Shown here: positions 9,507 through 19,231 of the stretch, one piece after another
How positions within the stretch are numbered: position 1 is the first letter of the stretch
How the letters are laid out: every line of letters begins with the position of its first letter
NCBI GenBank assembly: GCA_051745285.1
Contig: JBNJDX010000001.1
Coordinates: 3,150 to 67,149, forward strand
Direction of reading: 5' to 3'
Source of the DNA: Spirochaetota bacterium
GTDB lineage: Bacteria; Spirochaetota; Spirochaetia; CAKZLE01
DNA: 64,000 bases
Notes under the pieces: generated by a model
What the model was told of the DNA's origin: nothing
Database searches by the model: none
Seen by the model: the letters and a program-made list of their open reading frames with translations, nothing else
Position numbers and translations under genes: made by a program

Positions 9507-11270
9507 TTCAGCTGCAATCCGTTTAGCAATCTCCACAGGAATGGAGCAGGCAGCACTGATTTCTTCAGGGTCTGCAGCTGTGAGGGCTTCAATCGTTTTA
9601 TAGTGCTGCATAAGTGTTCTGCTGCGTTTGGGCCCCACTCCGGGAATCGACTCCAGGAGAGAAAATGTGGAGTCTTTCTCTCGCATTTTTTTGTTCAGGG
9701 CAGTTGCAAAACGGTGAGTTTCATCACGTACAGCCTGCAGCACACGCAGCCCTTCATGCCCTGAAGGCAGCCTCAGCGGTTCACTCCAGCCGTGTACATG
9801 AATCTCCTCATGCTCCTTGGCAAGTCCGACCACCTGGATATGGTAGAGTCCCAGGGTTTCCAGGATCTCCCTGGCAGCCTGTACCTGCCCTTTACCGCCG
9901 TCGATAAACACAAGATTAGGATGTTCAAGTTTTTCATTAATGACGCGGGTATACCTGCGGGCCACCGCCTCCCGAACAGCCTCGTAATCATCTATTGCCC
10001 CGTTCAATGTCCTGAGATGATATCTTCTGTAGTTTTTTTTGTCCGGGACTCCTTCGAAGAAACTGATTAGTGAGGCTACCGGATATTTACCGGAGAGCTG
10101 GGAAATGTCAAAACCTTCAATTTTTCTCGGCAGGGCAGGCAACTGCAGAGCTTCCTGCAATTGTCTAAGACCTATAAGATTCTCCCGTCCGCGGCTTCGC
10201 CGGGCAACATCCTGGGCAGCGTTCTCCAGCGCCATTTTCATGATTTTCTGGTGTCTACCCTTGAGGGGATGATGAACTTTTGTGCGCGCAGAGAATTCCC
10301 GGTCAAAATAGGCCTGCAGCAAATCTGCGTCCAGTTCGTGAGAGACGTACAACTCCCGGGGAACATGCTCTGACTCAGAATAAAACTGCATCACGAATTC
10401 ACTGAGAACCTCTGCCTCATCACTGAAGGTCTCAGTACGGAACATCTCCCTGCCTAGCAGTTTCCCCTCCTCCATCTGCAGTAACGAGATGCTGCAGATG
10501 TGGTCTTGCAGTACACAGGCAGCATAATCACGCCGTACTTGTGTGAAGTCCTGTACCTGCTGGGTAGTATGTACCGATTCTACCGCCGAAATCACATCGC
10601 GGAGCTCGGCAGCTTTTTCAAAGGCCAGTTCTTCAGAAGCGACTTCCATCTGTTCTCTAAGCTGTTTTATCAGATCGGAGCTTTTGCCCGACAGGAAGCC
10701 CCTTACTTGATCTACCAGTTGCTGATATTCCTCCTTCGAAACCGCCCCGGTACAGGGGGCCTTACAGCGGCCAATATGGTAGTAGAGACACGGGGCATAC
10801 CGCTTACGCAGGGGCCCTTTGCATTTTCTCAGCGGGAAGAGTTTGTCAATCAGCTCTAAAAAGCTGTCAAGCTTACCGACATCAGCATAGGGACCAAAAT
10901 ACTCGGATCCATCCTGGACAATATAACGGGTTTTGAATACCCGCGGATAATCCTCTTTCGTGATACGTATAACAGGAAAGGTCTTTCCGTCTTTCAAGCT
11001 GATGTTGTATTTGGGGTTCCATTTCTTTATGAGATTGTTCTCCAAGATGAGTGCTTCGTACTCATTCGAGGTGATAATATATTCAATGTCGGCTATCCGT
11101 TTGACAAGAAGCTGGGTTTTGAGATCCCTGCCTTTGAGAAAATAGGAGCTAACCCGTTTGCGCAAATCCCGGGCTTTGCCCACATAGATAATGTGGCCAG
11201 CCTCGTCTTTCATCAAGTAGGCGCCGGGGAGGTGCGGAATAGCTTCAACCGTTCTCATAAGATCATCCAT
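9501..11270 (-). CDS. uvrC: Excinuclease ABC subunit C
   Basis: 589 aa. GIY-YIG (GAYLMKDEAGHIIYVGKARDLRKR), UVR domain, C-terminal Endo V-like domain and HhH (IPGVGPKRSRTL). Confidence 0.95.
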   Translation of the reverse strand: MDDLMRTVEAIPHLPGAYLMKDEAGHIIYVGKARDLRKRVSSYFLKGRDLKTQLLVKRIADIEYIITSNEYEALILENNLIKKWNPKYNISLKDGKTFPVIRITKEDYPRVFKTRYIVQDGSEYFGPYADVGKLDSFLELIDKLFPLRKCKGPLRKRYAPCLYYHIGRCKAPCTGAVSKEEYQQLVDQVRGFLSGKSSDLIKQLREQMEVASEELAFEKAAELRDVISAVESVHTTQQVQDFTQVRRDYAACVLQDHICSISLLQMEEGKLLGREMFRTETFSDEAEVLSEFVMQFYSESEHVPRELYVSHELDADLLQAYFDREFSARTKVHHPLKGRHQKIMKMALENAAQDVARRSRGRENLIGLRQLQEALQLPALPRKIEGFDISQLSGKYPVASLISFFEGVPDKKNYRRYHLRTLNGAIDDYEAVREAVARRYTRVINEKLEHPNLVFIDGGKGQVQAAREILETLGLYHIQVVGLAKEHEEIHVHGWSEPLRLPSGHEGLRVLQAVRDETHRFATALNKKMREKDSTFSLLESIPGVGPKRSRTLMQHYKTIEALTAADPEEISAACSIPVEIAKRIAAEL

Positions 11271-11359
11271 GCATACACTATACTAAAATCAGAGGATATT
11301 TCCAATCTTTCCGGCCTCTCTCCCTTGTAAGCCTGACGGCCTCCCGCTACAATCCCCCC

Positions 11360-12643
11360 ATGCAAAGCAACATCCCGGGAAGCACTATTCTCCCCGAAAA
11401 AGAACTAGACTGGATCGAACAGACTGCCAGGAGACTGCACCTCAGCGTACAGAACAGGCGCCGCCTCGTTGAGGCAGCAATTGATCTTCGCCTCTGGGAG
11501 CAACCCCCCATAGAAACCATATGGGATGAAAGCGGCAGCGAACAACTCACGGGGAAAACAAAAACCCAGTTCATCCTCCACAGGTTCTTCTCTACGGTAG
11601 AGGAGCTCAGATCAAAACCCATCGATTATCACTCCTTTGATCCTCCGGTATTACAGGGTGAAAAAGGACTCTCGTTTGTTCGACAACAGGAGGATGCACC
11701 CATTATGGGTCGCTGCCCGGTAGCGGGGGAAAAGACTCGCTGCTGTAATCTGCAGACCCTTGATGCGGTGCAGCAATGCGGATTTGCCTGCAGCTACTGC
11801 TCCATTCAGTCTTTCTACGATGAGAGTCGGGTCTACTTCCAGGAAAACCTGGATGCAAAACTCGAGAGCCTACAGCTTGATCCCGAAAGAATGTATCACA
11901 TCGGAACTGGGCAGTCTTCCGACTCTCTGATGTGGGGAAACCGCAATGGGCTGCTGACCAACCTTTTTTCCTTTGCCTCTCGCCACCCGAATGTGCTGCT
12001 TGAGCTGAAAACAAAATCGGCCAGAACCGACTGGATTAATCTTCCCGATATACCCAATAACGTGATAGCAACCTGGTCATTGAATACCCCAGATGTCATA
12101 TCCGCCGAAGAACACTTAACGGCATCTCTGGAGGACAGGATCAAAGCAGCGCGCACAGCTGCCGACGCCGGTATTCCGGTAGGGTTTCACTTTCACCCCA
12201 TCATCTGGCACACCGGATGGAAAGAGTCCTACGCCGATGTCATTCACATGCTGCACAGATACTTCAGCCCGGACGAAGTGGTCATGGTTTCGCTGGGCAC
12301 CCTCACATTTATAAAGCCGGTTCTCAAAAAACTTCGCCAGTCCGGACGCAAGACACGGACAACTCAGATACCCCTAGTAGATGCCGCCGGCAAACTCTCC
12401 TATCCCTACGAGATAAAGCGGGAGTTATTCAGTTTTGTCTATGACCAGTTCTCTCCCCAATGGAAAGAACATGTGTTCTTCTATCTGTGCATGGAAGATG
12501 CTTCCCTCTGGGAACCGGTGTTTGGCTTCTCCTATCCCTCCAACGAGGCTTTCGAGTCAGCGATGAAACGCAGGTACCTGCAGAAAATCCAGTCAATGAA
12601 CAGCCGACGAGGCACTGACATCCCTGACTTGCTACCTGAATAG
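11360..12643 (+). CDS. Radical SAM protein, spore-photoproduct-lyase (SplB)-like DNA repair family
   Basis: 427 aa. Radical SAM triad CGFACSYC. Overall similarity, from memory, to the SPL/DNA photolyase-like radical SAM family. Divergent from uvrC. Confidence 0.7.
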   Translation: MQSNIPGSTILPEKELDWIEQTARRLHLSVQNRRRLVEAAIDLRLWEQPPIETIWDESGSEQLTGKTKTQFILHRFFSTVEELRSKPIDYHSFDPPVLQGEKGLSFVRQQEDAPIMGRCPVAGEKTRCCNLQTLDAVQQCGFACSYCSIQSFYDESRVYFQENLDAKLESLQLDPERMYHIGTGQSSDSLMWGNRNGLLTNLFSFASRHPNVLLELKTKSARTDWINLPDIPNNVIATWSLNTPDVISAEEHLTASLEDRIKAARTAADAGIPVGFHFHPIIWHTGWKESYADVIHMLHRYFSPDEVVMVSLGTLTFIKPVLKKLRQSGRKTRTTQIPLVDAAGKLSYPYEIKRELFSFVYDQFSPQWKEHVFFYLCMEDASLWEPVFGFSYPSNEAFESAMKRRYLQKIQSMNSRRGTDIPDLLPE

Positions 12644-12703
12644 AAAGCCTGTATAATCGATTAGCTGGATTTGCGCGGCAACCCCATATGCAAAAGGATA
12701 TAT

Positions 12704-13558
12704 ATGCCGAGAAGAAACGACGCCACTCTGGTAAAAGAGATAAAAATATACAATAAAATGTTCCCCTATCTTATGCCCAAACGCACTGGATCGATTGTCT
12801 ACTTCATGATGGAAATTGATGTAACTCGAGCTGTTACCTTCATCCACCAGAAAAACAGGGCTGCTGGGGAAAAGCGCTATCGTCTGTTTGATGTTGTTCT
12901 TGCTGCTCTGGCACGGACCATAACCCTACGCCCTGCACTCAACAGGTTTGTTGCCAATTACAACTACTGGCAACGCAAGGAACTCTCCTTTAATTTTGTA
13001 GTAAAAAAGGATCTTTCCGAGCAGTCTCCGGAACGGAACGCCATCGTCAAGGTACAGCCTGAAATGACGTTTGATGAAATTTCGGCAGTTATACGAGAGA
13101 GGATCGACCAATTGCGCAATAGCGAAGAGAGTGGTGATGAAGCAATCATCAAATTTTTTTTAAAAATGCCAAAATGGTTTCTCAAACTGGCTACTGGTTG
13201 TCTAAAGTGGATGGACAGGCATGGATGCTACCCAAAAGCTCTCAGAGAAGTCGATGGCCTGCATGTTTCTGCCTACCTGGCAAATCTGGGAAGTATCAAT
13301 ATCTCAAACCCTCCCCTGCACCACCTGTATGAATGGGGAACCACCTCACTGTTCGTCTCGATGGGGAAAATGCACCGAAGTAGAAAACTTGATGAGCAAG
13401 ACAATGAGCAGATAAAGGATACCCTAGATCTCGGCGTCACCATCGACGAACGAATTGCTGAAGGGTTCTACTTTATGAAAGCTATCAAGCTGCTGCAGTA
13501 CTATATGGAAAATCCCTCTGAGCTTGAAGAGCCACTCAATCAGAATGAGATTCATTAA
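12704..13558 (+). CDS. 2-oxoacid dehydrogenase E2-type acyltransferase catalytic-domain protein (no lipoyl domain)
   Basis: Internal ATG of ORF 12671..13558. The C-terminal LGVTIDERIAEGFYFMKAIKLLQYYMENP aligns to the E2 catalytic motif DHRxxDG...ENP. Confidence 0.6.
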   Translation: MPRRNDATLVKEIKIYNKMFPYLMPKRTGSIVYFMMEIDVTRAVTFIHQKNRAAGEKRYRLFDVVLAALARTITLRPALNRFVANYNYWQRKELSFNFVVKKDLSEQSPERNAIVKVQPEMTFDEISAVIRERIDQLRNSEESGDEAIIKFFLKMPKWFLKLATGCLKWMDRHGCYPKALREVDGLHVSAYLANLGSINISNPPLHHLYEWGTTSLFVSMGKMHRSRKLDEQDNEQIKDTLDLGVTIDERIAEGFYFMKAIKLLQYYMENPSELEEPLNQNEIH

Positions 13559-14378
13559 GCCCCAACTTTTCAAGGAGGATTTCCCTTTTCCTCCCGGTAA
13601 GCGGGTTTTCATGCCCACCTATCATGCGTTGGACGGCCTCCGCTTCACTTTGTGAAAGCTGGATTCCCCCGAGTGAGTGCTCCTCAAAGGCCTCACATGC
13701 CAAGGGGCAGACTGTTCTAATTAATTCAAATATTTGCTGAGCGTACACGCGAATCTCATACTGGGCATGAGCATCCATCCGCAATCTGAGGAAGTGGAAC
13801 AAATTATGCAGATCCATTTGCCAGTACCACTGGGTATAGAGACTCAAAGGCAGGTTTATTCGTGCCAGTTCCCGGGCAATACCGAGCTCCAGCAGTTCCT
13901 GATAGGCTGTATATGAGCGTTTCTGATCCTCCTGCAGAAGCTGAATTACCTGCTCCTGCAGTTCCTCGGGGACGGACTGGCTGCTTCTACCTTGTTTGTT
14001 GTCCTCACTCTGGAGAGCAACTGCGGAGGATTCGGGAATGTAACACTCATCACTCATGACGCTGTAGCGCCCGGATATTTCGTTAACTCGAGCTGTTCTG
14101 TGTCTAATCCACTGCCGGGCGACAAAAATCGGCATTTTTATATGAAACGTAAAATTAACCTGCTCAAAAGGTGAGGTATGATCGTTTCTCAGCAAATAGG
14201 AGATAAGACCTTTGTCCTTCCGATAGGTCTTCGTTCCCTCCCCATAGGAGACCCGGGCTGCCTGCACGATTCGCTGATCACTGCCAAGGTAGTCCACCAG
14301 ACGGACAAACCCCTTATCAAGCACGGGAAATTCCCTATCGAGTATTTCCTCTGCCTCTGGGACTGTGCAATGTGCCAT
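13536..14378 (-). CDS. thyX: FAD-dependent thymidylate synthase
   Basis: 280 aa. ThyX motif RHRTARVNEISGRYS. Confidence 0.9.
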   Translation of the reverse strand: MAHCTVPEAEEILDREFPVLDKGFVRLVDYLGSDQRIVQAARVSYGEGTKTYRKDKGLISYLLRNDHTSPFEQVNFTFHIKMPIFVARQWIRHRTARVNEISGRYSVMSDECYIPESSAVALQSEDNKQGRSSQSVPEELQEQVIQLLQEDQKRSYTAYQELLELGIARELARINLPLSLYTQWYWQMDLHNLFHFLRLRMDAHAQYEIRVYAQQIFELIRTVCPLACEAFEEHSLGGIQLSQSEAEAVQRMIGGHENPLTGRKREILLEKLGLNESHSD

Positions 14379-14409
14379 ATGCTACCTCCGTGTACCGTAC
14401 AAGTATAAG

Positions 14410-14628
14410 TTATGAGCCCAAGTTCTCAAAGGGCCGTTCTTTCTCCATCTCGTACAGGATACTTTCCAGATTGGCAATCCGCTTCTCCTGAGCTTTGAGA
14501 AGCCTAGTAACTTCCTGAAGTTCCCCATCGGTAGCCTGCGATGCTTTTTTTCGCTCGCTCGTTGATTTAACCACTCCTGAAACAGAGGCTATCAACACAA
14601 TAATTACAATAGCTGTCCACAAATCCAT
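14410..14628 (-). CDS. Small single-TM coiled-coil protein, PspB-like
   Basis: Internal ATG preceded by GGGAGGA. One N-terminal TM (LWTAIVIIVLIASVSGVV), then RIANLESILYEMEKE, resembling the PspB RIxxLESILD segment. Confidence 0.45.
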   Translation of the reverse strand: MDLWTAIVIIVLIASVSGVVKSTSERKKASQATDGELQEVTRLLKAQEKRIANLESILYEMEKERPFENLGS

Positions 14629-14774
14629 AGTTCCTCCCACACAAGATCGGACTTGCTGCATCTGCAACGCTGATACTCTATCAGATTCCCCAGGTATAGG
14701 CAATCGCGGCTTTTATCTGAATCTTTGAAACAAACAGGTTGCCCATAAACTAAATCACCACTATATTGGTACAC

Positions 14775-15683
14775 ATGGGTAGTCGAACACTTGGAATTTT
14801 CATCCTGCTAACAGTACTGGTAGCGGGAGTGATGACGGCTTGCAGCAAAGAAGAGTCAACACCAGAGACCGAAAAGACCGCTGCTGTCTCAGTGGCCGTG
14901 AGCATTCTCCCTCAAAAAACCTTCATAGAGAAAATTGCCGGAGATCTGGCTGAAGTGGTGGTTATGGTCCCTCCCGATCAGAATCCGTCTAACTATGAAC
15001 CGACGACCCATCAGCTGCAACAGCTCTCCAGAGCAGATGTCTATTTCACCATCGGAGTCCCCTTTGAGCAGAGTTTTGTTCCCCTGCTGAAAGAAAATCT
15101 CCCGGACTTAACGATTGTGCCCACCGATACGAGGACGCAGAAACGAAGGTTCCGGACTTCCCATCTGCACGACGAGGATGAGGAAGAGAGTGAAGAACAA
15201 GCCGGTGCGGTTGATCCCCATATCTGGATGTCCCCGGTCTCGGTAATCGGTCAAGCCCAGATTATGACGGAGACACTCCTAGAAATTGATCCGGCACACC
15301 GCAACACGTATGAGGCAGGTCTAAAAGATTTTACTGCCGAGCTGAATACACTTGATCAGGAGCTGGCTGCAGCTCTCGAGCCTCTACAAGGTGAGACCCT
15401 GCTTGTCTACCACCCTGCATTCGGCTACTTTGCCGATCGCTACGGTCTTGTCCAAAAGGCCGTCGAAGTCGGGGGCAAGGAGCCCACTCCAAAAGAAATA
15501 GAAAAACTGATCCGGACAGCAAGGGAGGACGAGGTCTCAGTCATTTTCGTCCAACCGGAGTTTAATGAAAAAAGTGCTGAAGTTATTGCTGATGCTGTGG
15601 GAGCTGAGGTGGTAGAGATAAGTTCCCTGCAGGCAGATTACATTGAAAACCTCCGGGACGTAGCAGATATCCTCACGCAATAG
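14775..15683 (+). CDS. znuA: Zn/Mn ABC transporter substrate-binding lipoprotein (ZnuA/TroA family)
   Basis: Lipobox VMTAC. Acidic/His loop HLHDEDEEESEEQ, then DPHIWMSP and PAFGYF motifs of cluster A-I binding proteins. Confidence 0.85.
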   Translation: MGSRTLGIFILLTVLVAGVMTACSKEESTPETEKTAAVSVAVSILPQKTFIEKIAGDLAEVVVMVPPDQNPSNYEPTTHQLQQLSRADVYFTIGVPFEQSFVPLLKENLPDLTIVPTDTRTQKRRFRTSHLHDEDEEESEEQAGAVDPHIWMSPVSVIGQAQIMTETLLEIDPAHRNTYEAGLKDFTAELNTLDQELAAALEPLQGETLLVYHPAFGYFADRYGLVQKAVEVGGKEPTPKEIEKLIRTAREDEVSVIFVQPEFNEKSAEVIADAVGAEVVEISSLQADYIENLRDVADILTQ

Positions 15684-15694
15684 AGGCAGAGGAC

Positions 15695-16465
15695 ATGGGT
15701 ATTGAGCTAAATAAGGTCACGTTTTCCTACCAAGTTGAACCAGTTGTTCAGTCAGTTACCGCTACCATCAACAAGGGCGAATTCATTTCTATGGTGGGCC
15801 CCAATGGCGGGGGTAAGACTACCCTGCTTAAACTTATCCTGGGACTTCTTAAACCCGATTCCGGTACAATTAAGATTGACGGGGCACCCGTCCGGGATCA
15901 GCGGCAGCGCATCGGGTATGTGCCCCAGTCAACCAGTCACGACGCGAAATTCCCGATTTCCGTTATTGATGTAGTAAAGACCGGCCTATTGCCAGTCAAT
16001 ATCTTTACCCGCAGGAACCAAGCACAGGACAAGTGTCTGACTGCCCTGCAAACTGTAGAGATGGACACATTTGCCCGCCAGCCCTTCTTCGCTCTCTCAG
16101 GGGGACAGAAACAGCGGGTGCTCATTGCTCGGGCGCTGGCAAATTCACCGGATTATCTGTTTTTGGATGAACCCACCTCGAGCGTTGATGCTGTCATTGG
16201 AGAACAACTGCACCAACTGCTTAAGCGCCTCAGCGGAAAACGGACAATTTTACTGGTGACCCATGATTACTCACTTGTCAGCAGCCTTTCTGATCGAGTG
16301 CTCTGTATCAACAGACACCTCCACGAACATCCCGCTGAAGCTGTCCAGCGTCCAGCTGAGCGGGAAGTATTCGGTGATCGAGTCTCTCGTGTTCGTCACG
16401 ACATTATTCTGAACGAAGACAGCTGTTTCTGCGACACCCACGCAGGGGGAACAGCGATTGAGTGA
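15695..16465 (+). CDS. znuC: Zn/Mn ABC transporter ATP-binding protein
   Basis: Walker A GPNGGGKTT, signature LSGGQKQR, Walker B LFLDEP. Confidence 0.85.
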   Translation: MGIELNKVTFSYQVEPVVQSVTATINKGEFISMVGPNGGGKTTLLKLILGLLKPDSGTIKIDGAPVRDQRQRIGYVPQSTSHDAKFPISVIDVVKTGLLPVNIFTRRNQAQDKCLTALQTVEMDTFARQPFFALSGGQKQRVLIARALANSPDYLFLDEPTSSVDAVIGEQLHQLLKRLSGKRTILLVTHDYSLVSSLSDRVLCINRHLHEHPAEAVQRPAEREVFGDRVSRVRHDIILNEDSCFCDTHAGGTAIE

Positions 16466-17345
16466 ATTTCTTGCAGCCCTAACCAGCTCTGATCTCCCCT
16501 TTATACGGTACGCACTGTTGGCAGGTCTTCTTTCGAGTCCTGCTTTCGGTATCATTGGGACCTACGTTGTAGTAAATAGGATTACCTCCATTGCAGGGGC
16601 AATCAGCCACGCGGCCTTAGCTGGAATTGGTGCAGGCCTGTACTTTGCCTTCAACCCGCTCATCGGTGCAGCCGCAGCCGCTGTAGTAGCCGGAATGCTG
16701 ATCAGTCTGGTCCACCTGAAGGCCAATGAACGGGTGGATTCAATCATCGGTATGATCTGGGCAGTCGGGATGAGTATCGGATTGCTGTTTATTGCGAGAA
16801 GTCCCGGGTATCAGGATCCGATGAGCTATCTGTTCGGCAACATCCTCCTCATTGGCAGGGACGATCTGTATCTGCTGGTTCTCCTGGACGTACTCACCGC
16901 CACTGCGGGCATCGTGCTGTTCAGATACTTTCAGGCCGTCTCATTTGATGCAGAATTTGCCCAGGCTCGGGGGATTAGAACAGATATCTTCCAGGTAATG
17001 ATGATTCTGCTAGTCTCTTTTACCGTGGTGCTTATGGTAACTGTCGTCGGTATAGTCATGGTAATTGCCCTGTTAACCATACCCGCAGCGACAGCCGGGA
17101 TGTTCACCAACCGCCTCCAGCCGATGATGGCAACGGCCGCAGCCTTAGTAGCCTTGTTTCATGTGGGTGGTCTATCGCTGAGCTACACTGCCGACCTGCC
17201 GACCGGAGCAACGACAATCATCATTGCCGGCGGTGTGTATGCCTTTGTCCTCGGGGGCAGGACGCTTCATCGCTATCTCGCACGCCGGAAGAGAAACCTT
17301 CTACAGAAGACCCATGATATGGAGAACCATACCCAGTCCCACTGA
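16458..17345 (+). CDS. znuB: Zn/Mn ABC transporter permease
   Basis: 295 aa polytopic membrane protein of ABC-3 type. TTG start overlapping the znuC stop. Confidence 0.85.
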   Translation: MSEFLAALTSSDLPFIRYALLAGLLSSPAFGIIGTYVVVNRITSIAGAISHAALAGIGAGLYFAFNPLIGAAAAAVVAGMLISLVHLKANERVDSIIGMIWAVGMSIGLLFIARSPGYQDPMSYLFGNILLIGRDDLYLLVLLDVLTATAGIVLFRYFQAVSFDAEFAQARGIRTDIFQVMMILLVSFTVVLMVTVVGIVMVIALLTIPAATAGMFTNRLQPMMATAAALVALFHVGGLSLSYTADLPTGATTIIIAGGVYAFVLGGRTLHRYLARRKRNLLQKTHDMENHTQSH

Positions 17346-18023
17346 ACAGGCAGTTTCCGTCCGCAGTATCCGCTTCCCCATCCCGACTGAAATGTACCCG
17401 TGTGAAGAAAACAGTGTTTTCTCCCGGGAACTCCATCCCCGCTCCGGGCCCACAGCCAGGATCGCCGGTCCCTGAGCCCCCTCAAGCGAGAGTTCTGAAA
17501 GTCTCCTCTCTGCAGATTCAGGATCTAGAACAATACCAGTTCCTTCGATCTTTCCCAGGGCGTTTTCAACCGTCGGATACAGTCGGACTGATGGCAGCCT
17601 GGTTGTAACCGCCTGTTGAGCTCCCTGCAGTACGTATTCCATATACTCCCCTTTCGTCCACAAATGGGCTTGGGCGTAAGATTTCTCAGCCGTTTGAGCT
17701 CCGGTAACATGAATAGTCTGTACGCCGAGGGAGGTGGCCTCGCGAAGGATGCGTTTCATGCAGATAGGACGTATTTGAGCAACCAGCAGCTCAAGGGGAA
17801 ACAGCGGTGGAGACTCGCTGCTCGGCTCCCAGGAAACGGTCACAGCCTGCTCGTCAATAGATAGAATACGAGCTAAACCATACGGTCCATTAATCAGACC
17901 GAGCAGTATCTCATCACCAGCGCGGGCTCTCAAGACTTTGACAATATGCTGTGCCCTGGGATCGCTGCGGGGAATAATCCCGTCTTTAGGCGGTCTCTCA
18001 AACAGAATGATATTCATATCCAC
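17301..18023 (-). CDS. rsmE: 16S rRNA (uracil1498-N3)-methyltransferase
   Basis: 240 aa. RsmE family features: N-terminal PUA-like part (HIVKVLRARAGDE) and C-terminal SPOUT part (GPERGWSSRE...LRTETA). Confidence 0.85.
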   Translation of the reverse strand: MDMNIILFERPPKDGIIPRSDPRAQHIVKVLRARAGDEILLGLINGPYGLARILSIDEQAVTVSWEPSSESPPLFPLELLVAQIRPICMKRILREATSLGVQTIHVTGAQTAEKSYAQAHLWTKGEYMEYVLQGAQQAVTTRLPSVRLYPTVENALGKIEGTGIVLDPESAERRLSELSLEGAQGPAILAVGPERGWSSREKTLFSSHGYISVGMGKRILRTETACSVGLGMVLHIMGLL

Positions 18024-18106
18024 AAGTTATACCACACCGCTGTGGCAGGGCCAATAGGCATTACCCATGCCTGCCTTGCCAATGAGCGGTCCTCTCGGTA
18101 TGATGA

Positions 18107-19144
18107 GTGCAAACTTCGGGAGGCGTGAAACTATTGAGTTCAATACAGGTATTCTTTGCAAAAGAGTTTGATCCATGGCTCAATCTGGCAACAGAGAACT
18201 GGATTTTTCATGAAATGGATCCGAAGACTAATGTCCTCTTTTTATGGCGTAACAACCCCGTTGTCGTCATTGGGCGTTACCAGAACCCATGGCGGGAATG
18301 CAATTTGGCGGCAATGGAAGCAGAAGGAGTAAAACTGGCCCGCCGTCAGAGCGGCGGAGGGGCGGTCTACCATGACCTGGGCAATACCAATTTCACCTTC
18401 ATGTCCAGCAGGAGCAGCTATAGCAAGGAGCGGAACAATGAGATAATCATTGCTGCGCTGAACCGCTTAGGCATCAATACCGAAGCATCAGGGCGGAATG
18501 ATCTGGTCGTTGATGGAAAAAAGTTTTCCGGAAGTGCTTTCAAGCTTGCACAGGACAGGGCCTTTCACCATGGAACGATCCTCATCAATACGGACATGGG
18601 ACGTCTCAACCACTACCTGACCCCAGACGAGGATAAACTGTCTGCAAAGGGAGTAAAATCAGTCAAGTCACGAGTGACAAACCTTATTGATTACAACCCG
18701 GGCATTACTCACGATGCATTGTGCAGCGCCCTGGTGGCTGAATTTTTTTCCACCTATGATGATCAATGCGACATTACCTATCTGACCTATGATATGGTCA
18801 GCAGCGTTCCCCACTTGCAAACGTACTACGAACAGATGGCAGATTGGCAGTGGCGCTTCGGAAAGACACCTCAATTTCAATACGAGATCACGAAGCGATT
18901 CAACTGGGGATCGATCAGTGTTCATTTCGATACAAAAGCAGGAATGATAGTGGATACGAAGGTCTTCTCAGACGCTCTTATGCCCGAACTCATAGAGGAT
19001 TTCACTCATTCACTGACAGACATTCGGTTTACAAGGGACCATATCCTTGAGGCGTTTCACAGGACAGCCCGGCGCCATCCTCAGTATGAACAAGAGATTG
19101 ATCAGGTAGCTCAATTTCTCCTTACGTCACTCGATTTAACTTGA
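18107..19144 (+). CDS. lplA: Lipoate-protein ligase A
   Basis: RRQSGGGAVYHDLGN motif and DPWLNLATENWIF N-terminus. The start is uncertain (GTG18107, GTG18125 or TTG18134). Confidence 0.9.
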   Translation: MQTSGGVKLLSSIQVFFAKEFDPWLNLATENWIFHEMDPKTNVLFLWRNNPVVVIGRYQNPWRECNLAAMEAEGVKLARRQSGGGAVYHDLGNTNFTFMSSRSSYSKERNNEIIIAALNRLGINTEASGRNDLVVDGKKFSGSAFKLAQDRAFHHGTILINTDMGRLNHYLTPDEDKLSAKGVKSVKSRVTNLIDYNPGITHDALCSALVAEFFSTYDDQCDITYLTYDMVSSVPHLQTYYEQMADWQWRFGKTPQFQYEITKRFNWGSISVHFDTKAGMIVDTKVFSDALMPELIEDFTHSLTDIRFTRDHILEAFHRTARRHPQYEQEIDQVAQFLLTSLDLT

Positions 19145-19231
19145 CCCTGTCATAAAGCCCTCTTGATTACTACAGTTCTCTTCCATTGATAGGTAAAATG
19201 GTCTATACTGCCTTGGTAAAGGAGCCCGCGG

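Noticed and set aside
17301-17345. 45-nt convergent overlap of the znuB and rsmE 3' ends
   Set aside because: Both C-termini look intact and neither shows a frameshift signature. This is probably just tail-to-tail overlap. It is not evidence of a pseudogene or recoding.
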